This document shows, piece after piece, positions 11,240 to 20,600 of a stretch of DNA of 64,000 bases. How positions within the stretch are numbered: the stretch's first letter is position 1; every line of letters begins with the position of its first letter. Source of the DNA: an uncultured Verrucomicrobiota bacterium (GTDB lineage Bacteria > Verrucomicrobiota > Verrucomicrobiia > Limisphaerales > J093). The notes under the pieces were generated by a model, which was not told the DNA's origin, did not search any database, and saw only the letters and a program-made list of their open reading frames with translations. The DNA is taken from positions 932-64,931 of the forward strand of contig CAZMOZ010000024.1 in NCBI GenBank assembly GCA_964568145.1, written 5' to 3'. Made by a program: the position numbers and the translations under genes.

Positions 11240-13576
11240 ATGAGCGTCACCGCCGCCCAAGCCGCGCCGGAGCCCATGCGGTTCCGCGTCACCGGCATGA
11301 CCTGCCAGGGTTGCGCGCGCCTCGCCACGCAGACGCTCCTGGCCCTACCCGGCGTGGCCGCCGCCGAGGTGGACCTCGCCTCCCAGCGCGCCACAGTGCG
11401 CTGGGAGGCTGGCGCGACGCCCGATCCGCAGGCCGCGATCGAGGCCTTGCGGCGCGAGGCCGGCTTCCAGGCAGAGGTGCTGGAACCGGGCCGGGCTGAG
11501 CCGCCCGCCCGGCCGTGGTCGCCGCTGGAAGGCTGGCGGTTCAACGTGGTCTTCGGCTCGGCGGTCACGGTGCCGTTGATGCTGGGCGAATGGGTCTTCC
11601 ACCTCGGCATGGAAGGCTGGTTCCGCTGGCTGGCCTTTGCGCTGACACTGCCGGTGCAGGCGGTGTGCGGCGCGCGGTTTTATCGCGGCGCGCTGGCGCA
11701 ACTGCGGGTCCGCTCGGCCAACATGGACACGCTGGTGGCGCTGGGCTCGACGACGGCGTTTGCTTACAGCGCGGCGGCGCTTTTCGCCGGCTGGCCGGGG
11801 CATCTCTATTTCATGGAGGCCGCCGCCATCATCACGCTCATCAGCGTGGGCCACTGGCTGGAGGCCCGGGCCAGCGAGCGCGCGGCCGGCGCGTTGAAGG
11901 CGTTGTTGCAACTCGCCCCGCCCACCGCCCGCTGGCTCAGCGCGGCGGGCGTCGAAACCGAAGTGCCGGTCGCGAACCTGGCCGTGGACGACCGCGTGCT
12001 GCTCAAGCCCGGCGACCGGGTGCCCATGGACGGCGTCGTGCTCGAAGGCCAGTCCGCCGTGGACGAGGCGATGCTCACGGGGGAGTCGCTCCCGGTGGAA
12101 AAAGCGCCGGGCAGCCCGGCGTACGCCGGCACCGTGAACCTGAACGGCCGGCTGATCCTGCGCGTGACCGCCACGGGCGAAGGCACGGCCTTGCGGCAGA
12201 TCATCGCCGCCGTCCAGCGCGCGCAAAACAGCCGCGCGCAAATCCAGCGGCTCGCGGACCGGGTGAGCAACGTCTTCGTGCCGGTCGTCCTGGTCGTGGC
12301 GCTGGCCACGGCCATCGGGTGGGGCTGGCGCTACGACGCGGCGCGGGCCGCGCACGAGCGCCTGGCGCCACGTTTGTGGCACGCGGTGGTGCCGGACACG
12401 CCGCGGGCCGCCGCCGCCGTGCATGCCGCCGCGGTGCTCATCGTGGCCTGTCCGTGCGCGATGGGGCTGGCCACGCCCATCGCCATCCTGGTCGCCGCCA
12501 ACGTGGCGGCCCGGCGCGGCATCCTGATCCGCGACGGCGAAGCGCTGGAGAAGTCCGGCCGGCTCACGGCGGTGGTCTTCGACAAGACCGGCACGCTCAC
12601 ACAAGGCAAGGTCGAGGTGGCTGCGATTGAAGACCTCCGGTCAGCCGCCGACCGCGGGATGCCGCTTGAACATCTGGCGGCACGACTTGCCGCACCATCG
12701 AACCACCCGCTCAGCCAGGCGGTGGCACGCATGGCTGAAAAGCGGCCGGAGCGGCGGCAAATCGCGTCTGCCGCTTCGCCATCACCCGCGTCGGCCGATG
12801 CCGCGACGGCGCTGAATCCAGCCATCGAAGACTGGCAGGAAGTTCGCGGCAAGGGCGTCGAGGCATCGCTCGGCGGCCGGCGGCTGCGGCTCGGTTCGCT
12901 GGCGTGGTTGCGCGAATGCGGCGTGGGGGTGTCGCCGTTGCCCAAGTTCGCGGACAACTGGGCCGACAAAGGCGCCACGGTCATCGGCCTCGCGGCGGAT
13001 CGCACGTTGCTGGGCTTGCTGGCGTTGCGCGACGTGGTCAAGCCGGCGGTCGAGTCGGTTGTTCGCCAGCTCGCCGCGCAGGGCCGGCGCAGTTACCTGG
13101 TAACCGGCGACACCCCCCGCACCGCCGCCGCCGTGGCCCAGATCGCGGGCATCCCGCCGGATCGCGTCTTTGCGGAGGTTTCGCCGACGCGCAAAGCGGA
13201 GATCATCGCCGCACTCCAGCGGGAGGGCCAGCGTGTGGCGTTTGTCGGCGACGGCATCAACGACGCGCCGGCGTTGAAGCAGGCCGACCTGGGGGTGGCG
13301 GTCAGCCGCGCCAGTGACGTGGCGCGCGAGGCGGCGGACCTCTTGTTGCTGCGCTCGGACATCGAGGCCATCCCGGAGGCGCTGGGCCTGGCGCAAGCCT
13401 CGCTGCGCACGATCAAGCAGAACCTGTTCTGGGCCTTCTTCTACAACGCCGCCGCCATGCCGCTGGCCGCGCTCGGGTTTTTGAGCCCGGTGGTCTGCGC
13501 CGCGGCGATGGGCTTGTCCGATTTGCTGGTCATCGGCAACGCGCTCCGGCTCCGCCGCTGGCAGCGACGGCCGTGA
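11240..13576 (+). CDS. copA: copper-translocating P-type ATPase
   Basis: N-terminal HMA domain with GMTCQGC, membrane CPC motif (VACPCAMGLATP), phosphorylation site DKTGTLT and hinge GDGINDAP. ATG 11240 is preferred over the upstream 11174 start. Confidence 0.9.
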   Translation: MSVTAAQAAPEPMRFRVTGMTCQGCARLATQTLLALPGVAAAEVDLASQRATVRWEAGATPDPQAAIEALRREAGFQAEVLEPGRAEPPARPWSPLEGWRFNVVFGSAVTVPLMLGEWVFHLGMEGWFRWLAFALTLPVQAVCGARFYRGALAQLRVRSANMDTLVALGSTTAFAYSAAALFAGWPGHLYFMEAAAIITLISVGHWLEARASERAAGALKALLQLAPPTARWLSAAGVETEVPVANLAVDDRVLLKPGDRVPMDGVVLEGQSAVDEAMLTGESLPVEKAPGSPAYAGTVNLNGRLILRVTATGEGTALRQIIAAVQRAQNSRAQIQRLADRVSNVFVPVVLVVALATAIGWGWRYDAARAAHERLAPRLWHAVVPDTPRAAAAVHAAAVLIVACPCAMGLATPIAILVAANVAARRGILIRDGEALEKSGRLTAVVFDKTGTLTQGKVEVAAIEDLRSAADRGMPLEHLAARLAAPSNHPLSQAVARMAEKRPERRQIASAASPSPASADAATALNPAIEDWQEVRGKGVEASLGGRRLRLGSLAWLRECGVGVSPLPKFADNWADKGATVIGLAADRTLLGLLALRDVVKPAVESVVRQLAAQGRRSYLVTGDTPRTAAAVAQIAGIPPDRVFAEVSPTRKAEIIAALQREGQRVAFVGDGINDAPALKQADLGVAVSRASDVAREAADLLLLRSDIEAIPEALGLAQASLRTIKQNLFWAFFYNAAAMPLAALGFLSPVVCAAAMGLSDLLVIGNALRLRRWQRRP

Positions 13577-13620
13577 GCCGGAATTCGACAGAACAGCGCG
13601 AATCCAACCGCAAAGCCATC

Positions 13621-14613
13621 ATGAACATGATCCCCTCCCACCGCGGCGAATCCAATCGCAATGCAACGCCCACCGCCGGCACAGCCAGATTGAGCCGGCG
13701 CGAATTCATCCCGGCCTGTCTCGGCCTCGGATTGAGCGGATTGGCCCTGCCATTCTGGAACGCGCATTCGGCATCGCCGGCCGAGGCCGGCGCGTGGCAG
13801 ATTGGTTGTTATACGCGGCCATTTGACGCGCACGATCTGCGTACCGCGCTGGATGGCATCGCCGAGGCGGGCTTCCGCCATTGCGGCATCATGACCGCCA
13901 AAGGCAAATCGTGGGTCGTCATCACCGCGGACACCACCCCCGAGGAGGCGGCGCAGGTGGGCGCGGAAATCCGGCAGCGCGGGCTGAAGTGCCTTTCAGT
14001 GTACGGCGACTACGCGGTCAAGCCGGCGGTGGCGGAGAACATTCGGGCCTTGCAACGGCTCGTCAAGCACTGCGCGGCGTGCGGTTCGCCAGACCTGTTG
14101 CTGGGCGGCGTGACCGAGGATTCCTTGCAGACGCCGTATTACGAGGCGATCCGTGAGGTGTGCGACTTCGCGGCCAGTTGCGGCGTGCGGCTGACCCTCA
14201 AACCGCATGGCGGCCAGATCGCCACCGGTCCGCAGTGCCGGCAGAAGATCGAGCAGGTCGGCCACCGCAACTTCCGGCTGTGGTACGACCCCGGCAACAT
14301 CTTTTACTACTCGGACGGCGCGCGGAATCCGGTCGAGGACGCGGCCACGGTGGACGGCTTGGTGGTGGGGATGAGCGCCAAGGATTTCCGCCCGCCCAAG
14401 GATGTGATGGTGACGCCGGGGCAGGGCCGGGTGGATTTCGCGCGGGTGTTTGCGCAGTTGCGGCAGGGCGGGTTTACCCGCGGGCCCGTGATGGTGGAAA
14501 CCGTGGTTCAAGGCGACCTCAAGCAGGTCGTGGCCGAGGTGCACAAAGCCCGGGAATTCCTGGAGGTGCTGGTGCGTGGCGAGCCAGCCGCCGGTCCAGG
14601 CCCGGTGCGTTGA
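13621..14613 (+). CDS. sugar phosphate isomerase/epimerase (xylose-isomerase-like TIM barrel) with Tat-type signal
   Basis: Twin-arginine signal SRREFIPACLGLGLSGLALP is followed by TIM-barrel-like sequence (RLTLKPHGG, WYDPGNIFYY). An alternative GTG start at 13573 overlaps the copA stop. Confidence 0.75.
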   Translation: MNMIPSHRGESNRNATPTAGTARLSRREFIPACLGLGLSGLALPFWNAHSASPAEAGAWQIGCYTRPFDAHDLRTALDGIAEAGFRHCGIMTAKGKSWVVITADTTPEEAAQVGAEIRQRGLKCLSVYGDYAVKPAVAENIRALQRLVKHCAACGSPDLLLGGVTEDSLQTPYYEAIREVCDFAASCGVRLTLKPHGGQIATGPQCRQKIEQVGHRNFRLWYDPGNIFYYSDGARNPVEDAATVDGLVVGMSAKDFRPPKDVMVTPGQGRVDFARVFAQLRQGGFTRGPVMVETVVQGDLKQVVAEVHKAREFLEVLVRGEPAAGPGPVR

Positions 14614-14685
14614 GCCGGGCCAGCGGACCTGTTCAAGCTGAAGACCGGGCGTGGCGGGCATGATTCCCGCGACCAGGCGCGAATC

Positions 14686-14760
14686 CGTTTTCGGCTTCAA
14701 ACCGAGCCGAAGTTGGGCAGGCGGGACACGCTCCGCTGCGGCCAACTTCGGCTTTCGGCC
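14686..14760. repeat. family-A hairpin repeat element (opposite orientation)
   Basis: cgttttcggcttcaaaccgagccgaagttgggcaggcgggacacgctccgctgcggccaacttcggctttcgg. Confidence 0.7.
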
Positions 14761-15591
14761 TCAATCGAGCCATCGGCTCAAGGTATCCGCCAGCGCGTGG
14801 CCGTGCGGCAACGGGCTGACTTCGCCGCCTTGGCGCCGGACCTGCTCGCGCACCTCGGGGATGGCGTTGGCGGGGCACACCAGCCAGCGGGCGACTTCGC
14901 GACGCAGCATGGGCAGGTCGTTGAGGTGATCGCCCGCCGCGAAGACCTGCGTGGCGGTGAGGCCGCGCCGGCGGGTCAGTTCGGCCAGCGCCGTGCCCTT
15001 GCTGTAAGCCTCGTGGCTGAAGCGGGCATAGACGTCGTTACGCACCACCGTCAGTCCGGGGACCTGCCGACAATACGCCTCGAGGTGGCGGCAGATGGCG
15101 TCGGCGTCGGCCGGCCGGTAGGCGATCAGGCAGAACGGCGACCAGGCGTCGGCGTACACTGCCGCGTTGAAGCGTTCGTTGACCCAGGCGGTCAGCCGCG
15201 GCACGTCGGGCTGGACGCGCGCAAACAGCTCGGCGTGGTCGGCGGCGCAGCGCTGGTTCCAGTCCTCGACCGGCACGTACTGCACGCCGTCGTGGGCGTA
15301 AAGTTCCCGCTCGACGAGGACGAGGAAATCCGGCTGGACGCGCACGCCGGCGCGACCCAGAGCTTCCATGAGGCTGCTGAGGTCGCGGCCGGTGTTGATG
15401 ACCCATTGAGCGCCGCGTGCCTGAAGCGCGGCGACGGCGGCCTGGAAGGCTTCCGGCACCGGTGGATTCTCAAATTCCGCAAAGATGGTGCCGTCGAAAT
15501 CGGTGGCGATCAGACGCGGCGCCGAGTTCGTTGAAATTCCCGGGTCCATGCCGGCCGTCTGGGCGCGCGCTTTCGTGGTGACCGGGTTCAC
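14761..15591 (-). CDS. HAD-superfamily hydrolase (Cof/IIB-like)
   Basis: Motif I is ATDFDGT. GDHLNDLPML (motif IV) lies near the C-terminus, with a cap-domain-sized insert between them. Confidence 0.7.
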   Translation of the reverse strand: MNPVTTKARAQTAGMDPGISTNSAPRLIATDFDGTIFAEFENPPVPEAFQAAVAALQARGAQWVINTGRDLSSLMEALGRAGVRVQPDFLVLVERELYAHDGVQYVPVEDWNQRCAADHAELFARVQPDVPRLTAWVNERFNAAVYADAWSPFCLIAYRPADADAICRHLEAYCRQVPGLTVVRNDVYARFSHEAYSKGTALAELTRRRGLTATQVFAAGDHLNDLPMLRREVARWLVCPANAIPEVREQVRRQGGEVSPLPHGHALADTLSRWLD

Positions 15592-16700
15592 GGTTGGCGC
15601 CGGCGCGTCACCCAGAGCGCGAACATGCCCAGCGCCAGCAGGGCGAGCCGGCCGAGTTCCGGCACCGGCACCCAGGCCACGGCGCGGGTCACGCCGGCCG
15701 CATCCTGCGCGAAACCGACAATGATCCCCTGATCGTTGATATCGTAGGCGGAGCTGTACAGCCCGCCCAGTGTCCCGAGATCGGTCATGGTGGCGCCGTC
15801 CCAGACAAAGGCGTGGTACGTTTCATCCTCCCTCCCCGCCCAGCCGACGACGAATCCATGGTTGTTCAAGCCATAGGCCCAGCTTTCGGTGCCTCCGAAA
15901 GTTCCCAACGGGATCACCGGATCCTGGAAATCCCCGCTCCACAAAGCCGCGCGGTTCGCGGGCGCGTCCGCCGGCTTGCCCCAGAGGATGATCTGGCCTT
16001 GGTCATTGATGCCGCGGGCGGTTGTCCAGTTGCCTTCGGAAAGGGCTCCCAAATCCACCGGTACATCATCCTCCCAAACAACCGCCCGCTCCCGATTTGT
16101 GCCGTCCAACGCGCTGCCCACCACGAGGCCGCTCGAGTTGATGTCGTAGGCGACGCTGTAAGAACCGCCCAACGCGCCCAGGTCTTTGACGCCGCCGTTG
16201 CCCCACAGCGTGGCGTGGAAGTCACCGGCGGCGGTCTCGGCATTCCCCACCGCGAAACCGGCGTCATTCAGGCCCCAAGCTGCGCCCTGATTGCCACCCA
16301 AGGTGGGCAATTCCCTCACTGTCGCGCCCTGCCAGAGCACCGGCCGCGCGTAACCACCGCCGTCTTGCGCCCAGCCGGCAATGGTACCCTGGCTGTTGAT
16401 GTCCACCGCCCGGCTGTTCAGCCCTCCCAGTGTGCCCAAGTCAGACACTCCGCCACCGTTCCAGACAGTGGCCCGCTGCGCCTCGGCTCCCGCCAGGTTG
16501 AGCAAGCTCATGCCCACCACCTGACCGTGCTCACTGACGGCGCGGGCCTGAGCGAAAAGCCCGGCCGGATCGCCGAGATCAACAATGGAATAAATACCGC
16601 CGGTAACTGTGGCGGTTCCCCCCCCCACACACGCGCCGGCCAGCATGAGCGCATAAACGGCTCGTGTCGCCACGCCAATCCAAGATGATGAACGGCGCAT
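15588..16700 (-). CDS. HAF-family extracellular repeat protein with PEP-CTERM anchor
   Basis: Repeated units ...DLGTLGG..S.A.DINS.G.IVG...., including YHAFVWDGATMTDLGTLGG. The C-terminus VPVPELGRLALLALGMFALWVTRRRQP is a PEP-CTERM sorting signal. The start could be 16700 or 16730. Confidence 0.8.
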   Translation of the reverse strand: MRRSSSWIGVATRAVYALMLAGACVGGGTATVTGGIYSIVDLGDPAGLFAQARAVSEHGQVVGMSLLNLAGAEAQRATVWNGGGVSDLGTLGGLNSRAVDINSQGTIAGWAQDGGGYARPVLWQGATVRELPTLGGNQGAAWGLNDAGFAVGNAETAAGDFHATLWGNGGVKDLGALGGSYSVAYDINSSGLVVGSALDGTNRERAVVWEDDVPVDLGALSEGNWTTARGINDQGQIILWGKPADAPANRAALWSGDFQDPVIPLGTFGGTESWAYGLNNHGFVVGWAGREDETYHAFVWDGATMTDLGTLGGLYSSAYDINDQGIIVGFAQDAAGVTRAVAWVPVPELGRLALLALGMFALWVTRRRQP

Positions 16701-16841
16701 CAGGCGCCTTGCGTTCACAACACGTTCCATGGAAAACAAAAACCCTGAGTGGGTGTCAACGCAGGCCGGAAGCCCACATTGGTGCTGCACCCCTCAGGGT
16801 TTGATCAAGTCGTCTGGTCTTCCAGAGCGTAATCCCGGGGT

Positions 16842-17516
16842 TTACCGGGCATTGCGGCGCCGGCCCGCGAAACCGAGAAACGCCAGGCCAAAGAGTGCCA
16901 ACGCGCTCGTCGAAGGCTCTGGTACCGGCACGAGGTTGCCGGTCACGCTGAACGCCAGGCTGTCGAGGAGGAATCCTCGCTGGGCTTCAGGCGTAATCAC
17001 CAAGTACAGTGCGCCGGGAACGGACAATTGCTCCCAAGCGTAAACGCCCTCAACCCAAGTACCTTGGACGGTGTTCTCGATCCCAGTCTGACTTACCAAC
17101 TGGACGCCGGGAATCGAAAAGGTGACGTTTTGCGAGTACGGGAAATTCTGCGGTGACACGAAATACGTGAGGGTCAACGTATAATTTAGCTTTGTGTCTG
17201 GCGCCGCCGGCATCAAGTCCACGTCAAGTTTCACGTCTCCGTTGAGGATGTCCCAGAGCCCGGTTTGAGTGCCGTAATCGTTGGTGGGTTCTCCCAGCGG
17301 CTCGAACTTGCCAGGAAAGTAACCCAATCCCACGCCGGCGTTAACGGTTACCGTTCCGGTACCACCGGCTGGATTGGACTCCTGCGGAGGTTTTACCGTG
17401 GCCGGGTTGTCCGGTGTGCTGAACTCCCAAACCATTGTGGTGACCGGTTCCGCCGCCATCGCGACCCCAGCCCACAGGAGAGCCGTTAAACTAGCTACAG
17501 TCTGCTTGGGTTTCAT
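16842..17516 (-). CDS. PEP-CTERM-anchored secreted protein
   Basis: Signal peptide MKPKQTVASLTALLWAGVAMAAEP. The C-terminus VPVPEPSTSALALFGLAFLGFAGRRRNAR is a PEP-CTERM signal. Confidence 0.7.
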   Translation of the reverse strand: MKPKQTVASLTALLWAGVAMAAEPVTTMVWEFSTPDNPATVKPPQESNPAGGTGTVTVNAGVGLGYFPGKFEPLGEPTNDYGTQTGLWDILNGDVKLDVDLMPAAPDTKLNYTLTLTYFVSPQNFPYSQNVTFSIPGVQLVSQTGIENTVQGTWVEGVYAWEQLSVPGALYLVITPEAQRGFLLDSLAFSVTGNLVPVPEPSTSALALFGLAFLGFAGRRRNAR

Positions 17517-17664
17517 GGGTATGATGAGTTTCAGTTGGTTTTGAATCTACAGGTTCTCCGCCGGATTGCCAGCCTTATCTTCAAATTTTCTTAGAATATT
17601 CCGGCAGGAACATCCGTGGGTGAAGGGGGAGCCGTTTTCGCGGCTCCCCCTCGAAGACCGATCA

Positions 17665-20600
17665 CTACGGCTTGCCGTCTACGCCAAGGTCGCCGATGGC
17701 GCCGAAGTTGTTCTGCAACAGGGTGTAGTCAACGATGTTGACCGCGCCACTGCCGTCAAAATCCGCCCGCGGATCCGTGGTACCGTAGGTTTGTTGGAGG
17801 ACGTTGAAGTCGCTCAGGTTCACGATGTTGTCGCCGTTCACGTCGCCAGCTCGCAGATTGTTGTTAACGATGGGCTGTACGTTGGCGCCGTTGACGAAGT
17901 TGGCCACACCATTGGGCTTCGCGCCGCCCACCGGAGGATCCAGCGGGGCGACCGTTTCACGCAGGTTCCAACTGGTCTTGGCGCTGACCAGCGTGGTGCC
18001 TTCCGGCACGTCAATCAGGGTGAAGGCCGCGAGCGTCCGTGCCCGAGTGATCTCGGGATATGCCGCTTCGAGGTCGGACCGCCGGATGACGCCGCCATCG
18101 AGCACCTTGTTGAGATCAGCCACCAGCAGCGGCTCCAGAGCCTGCTGATTGGGCTTGTTGGGAGTGGCGGCGAACGTCGCCAGCGCCGCGGCGGTTGCCG
18201 GTGTCAGCGGGCCGCTTGTGTAGTTCAAGAGCCCCAAGGAGGCCGCGAAGCCGTCCTCAAGCAGCAACCGGTTGAGCAGCACTAGATCGCTGCCTGCGAC
18301 CGGCGGGACTTGCAGGATCAAGTTCGCGGTCTGTTGCCGCAGCGGAATCCCGAGGAAACGTTGCTCGGTGTAGAGCGACGGAGCGCCCCACAGTCCGGCG
18401 CTGGACGGCTGGGTGAGCCGGTCGAAGTCCAGCAGCAGTAATCCGGCCAACGTGGCGTTGTCACCTCCGGTGTAAGTCACCAGCGCTTGGGCAGTCTGGG
18501 CCTTGAGCGCGCCGCTCACGTAGCCGGAGGACAGCCCGCCATTCGGGCGCGGGTAAGCGTCCTCAAGCAGGTAACGGTTGAACTGGATCAGATCATCTCC
18601 CTTCGGCGTCGGATTCGGCGGCAGCCAGCCCTGAATCCGCGGATCCGTCTTCACCAGCGGCACCGATTGGAACCGCAGCGGGTCGTAGATGCTCGGCCCG
18701 AGGGCGATAGACGTGAAGTCGTTCAGCAATCCGTTCTCCAAGGCGGCAATCTGAGCCTGGCTCGGGTTGCTCGACGGATAGTTATTCAAGGCCTGGATCG
18801 TCGAAGGCGACAAGCGCGCCAGGATGTAGGCATCAATCGAACGAGTGGGCGATTTCAACTTCGCCGCCATGTCGTTCAGCGTCGTCAGGTCGGTGACGTA
18901 CCCGAACAGCAGGTCGCGCATGTACGAGGCGAACCCGTCGGTGCCCAGCAGCAACCGGTTGGCGAGCGCGTCCAAGTCCGCAATGGCGCCGTAGCGCAGG
19001 TAGATGGACATTGGAACGGCGTTCTTAGGTGCCAGCAACTCGTTGGCCAACGCCGGGAGGTCGCGGAAGCCGCCGGCCTGCATGAACTTGCTTTCGGTGA
19101 ACGCCAGTTCCAGCGTCCGCGTCTGCCTGATGGCCGCGCCATCGCCGAGCGCGAAGGTCACCCGGCGCGTGCTGCTCCGGAGCGCTTCGACTTCGACCAC
19201 ACCCTTCACCTCGTTCTTGTTGACGTGGATGTAGAAGTTGTCAGTGGTGCTCTTGCCCAGCATGTCGGTGGCTGTCACGACAGCGTTCCATCGGCCGTTT
19301 TCAGTGCCCCCATCCACCGCCAGGGTGTATAGGAAGTCACCGTCGTTGGCGCCGGAAGTCTTGCCCTCGGCGTTCACGATCTGACCGGACGGTCCGGTGA
19401 ATTTCACGGTGGGCGCGCCGTTCAAGCCGACGCCCGGCAAATCCTTGGCGTTGACGGTGATGTTCACCGTACCGCGGACTGCGCTGGGCCGGGCAGGATC
19501 GGAGCCAGGACCACCGTTCTTGATGTTCAGGGTCTCCCCGTATTGCACCTGGGTGACCGCGACGGAGTTGATCACCGGCGCCTTGTCGTCCACGACGATC
19601 GTGATGTCATCCGTCGGCACCCGTGCCGGCAGGACCACGCTGCCACCACCACCGCTCAATTGCGTGCCGCCAGTGATTCCACCCGGCATGACCTGGGTGT
19701 CACCGCGGAACACCACGCGACTCTTGCCGGTGGTGGTCCGGGTGGGAGTCAGCGTGATCAGGGCCACGGTGCCGTCGGCGGTCGTGCCCAACGGAGCGGT
19801 GAAGCTCAACCCGATGACCGTGTCGAGATCACCACCGGCGTTCCACATCCGGTAGATCACGTTGTCCCAGACACCGCCACCGGCGGCGACCACCGGAGCG
19901 CCGGCGCCGGTCTGGTTGGCGTTAAAGTGCGCCGAGCTGAAGTTGATGAACGCCTGCGCGCCAAACACCGGCTGCTGGAGGTTGGCAACCTTCAGGGCGA
20001 TGGTCACCGGCTCCTGCGGAACGATGCTGGTCTTGCTGGGCTCCAAGTAGAGCACGTCCAAGTCGCTGGTCCGGACGTAACCCAGAAGGGCCGGGACGTC
20101 CGTCTCAAGCTGTGGTTTGGGCGTGAAGGTGAGCCGGATTTCCTTCGGATCCGCCTCCGGCCACTGTTCGATGCCGAAGGTGCCTCCGAAAGTCGGGTTG
20201 GCGAAGAAACCGCTCCCCTGCCACACCAGATTGAACTTGTTGGCGGCAAAGCCGCTGATGCTTTCCGCCTGGGCGATCTTCCACACGTACGGACGAGACG
20301 GATCAAACTTGGACATCGAACCCGCCGAGTTCTGGCCGCGGACGAGTGTCGTCAGGAAGATCGTGAACTTGTTCTGCTCGGTGGCGCCGATGGTCAGCAC
20401 GCCGCCCGCGCCCTGCTGGGTCTTCTTGACGTGAAGCAGCTTCCAACCCGGATCGCTGCCAGCGTTGCCGCCGTTGGCCTGGTTGATGGTCCATGAGAAG
20501 CTTCCGCCGCCGCCCCAAGTCTCATTGCCTTCGATGGTGATGGTCGCGATGCCCTTGGTGATGACCAGCGAGCCGGACACATAAGTGATCGGACCATACT

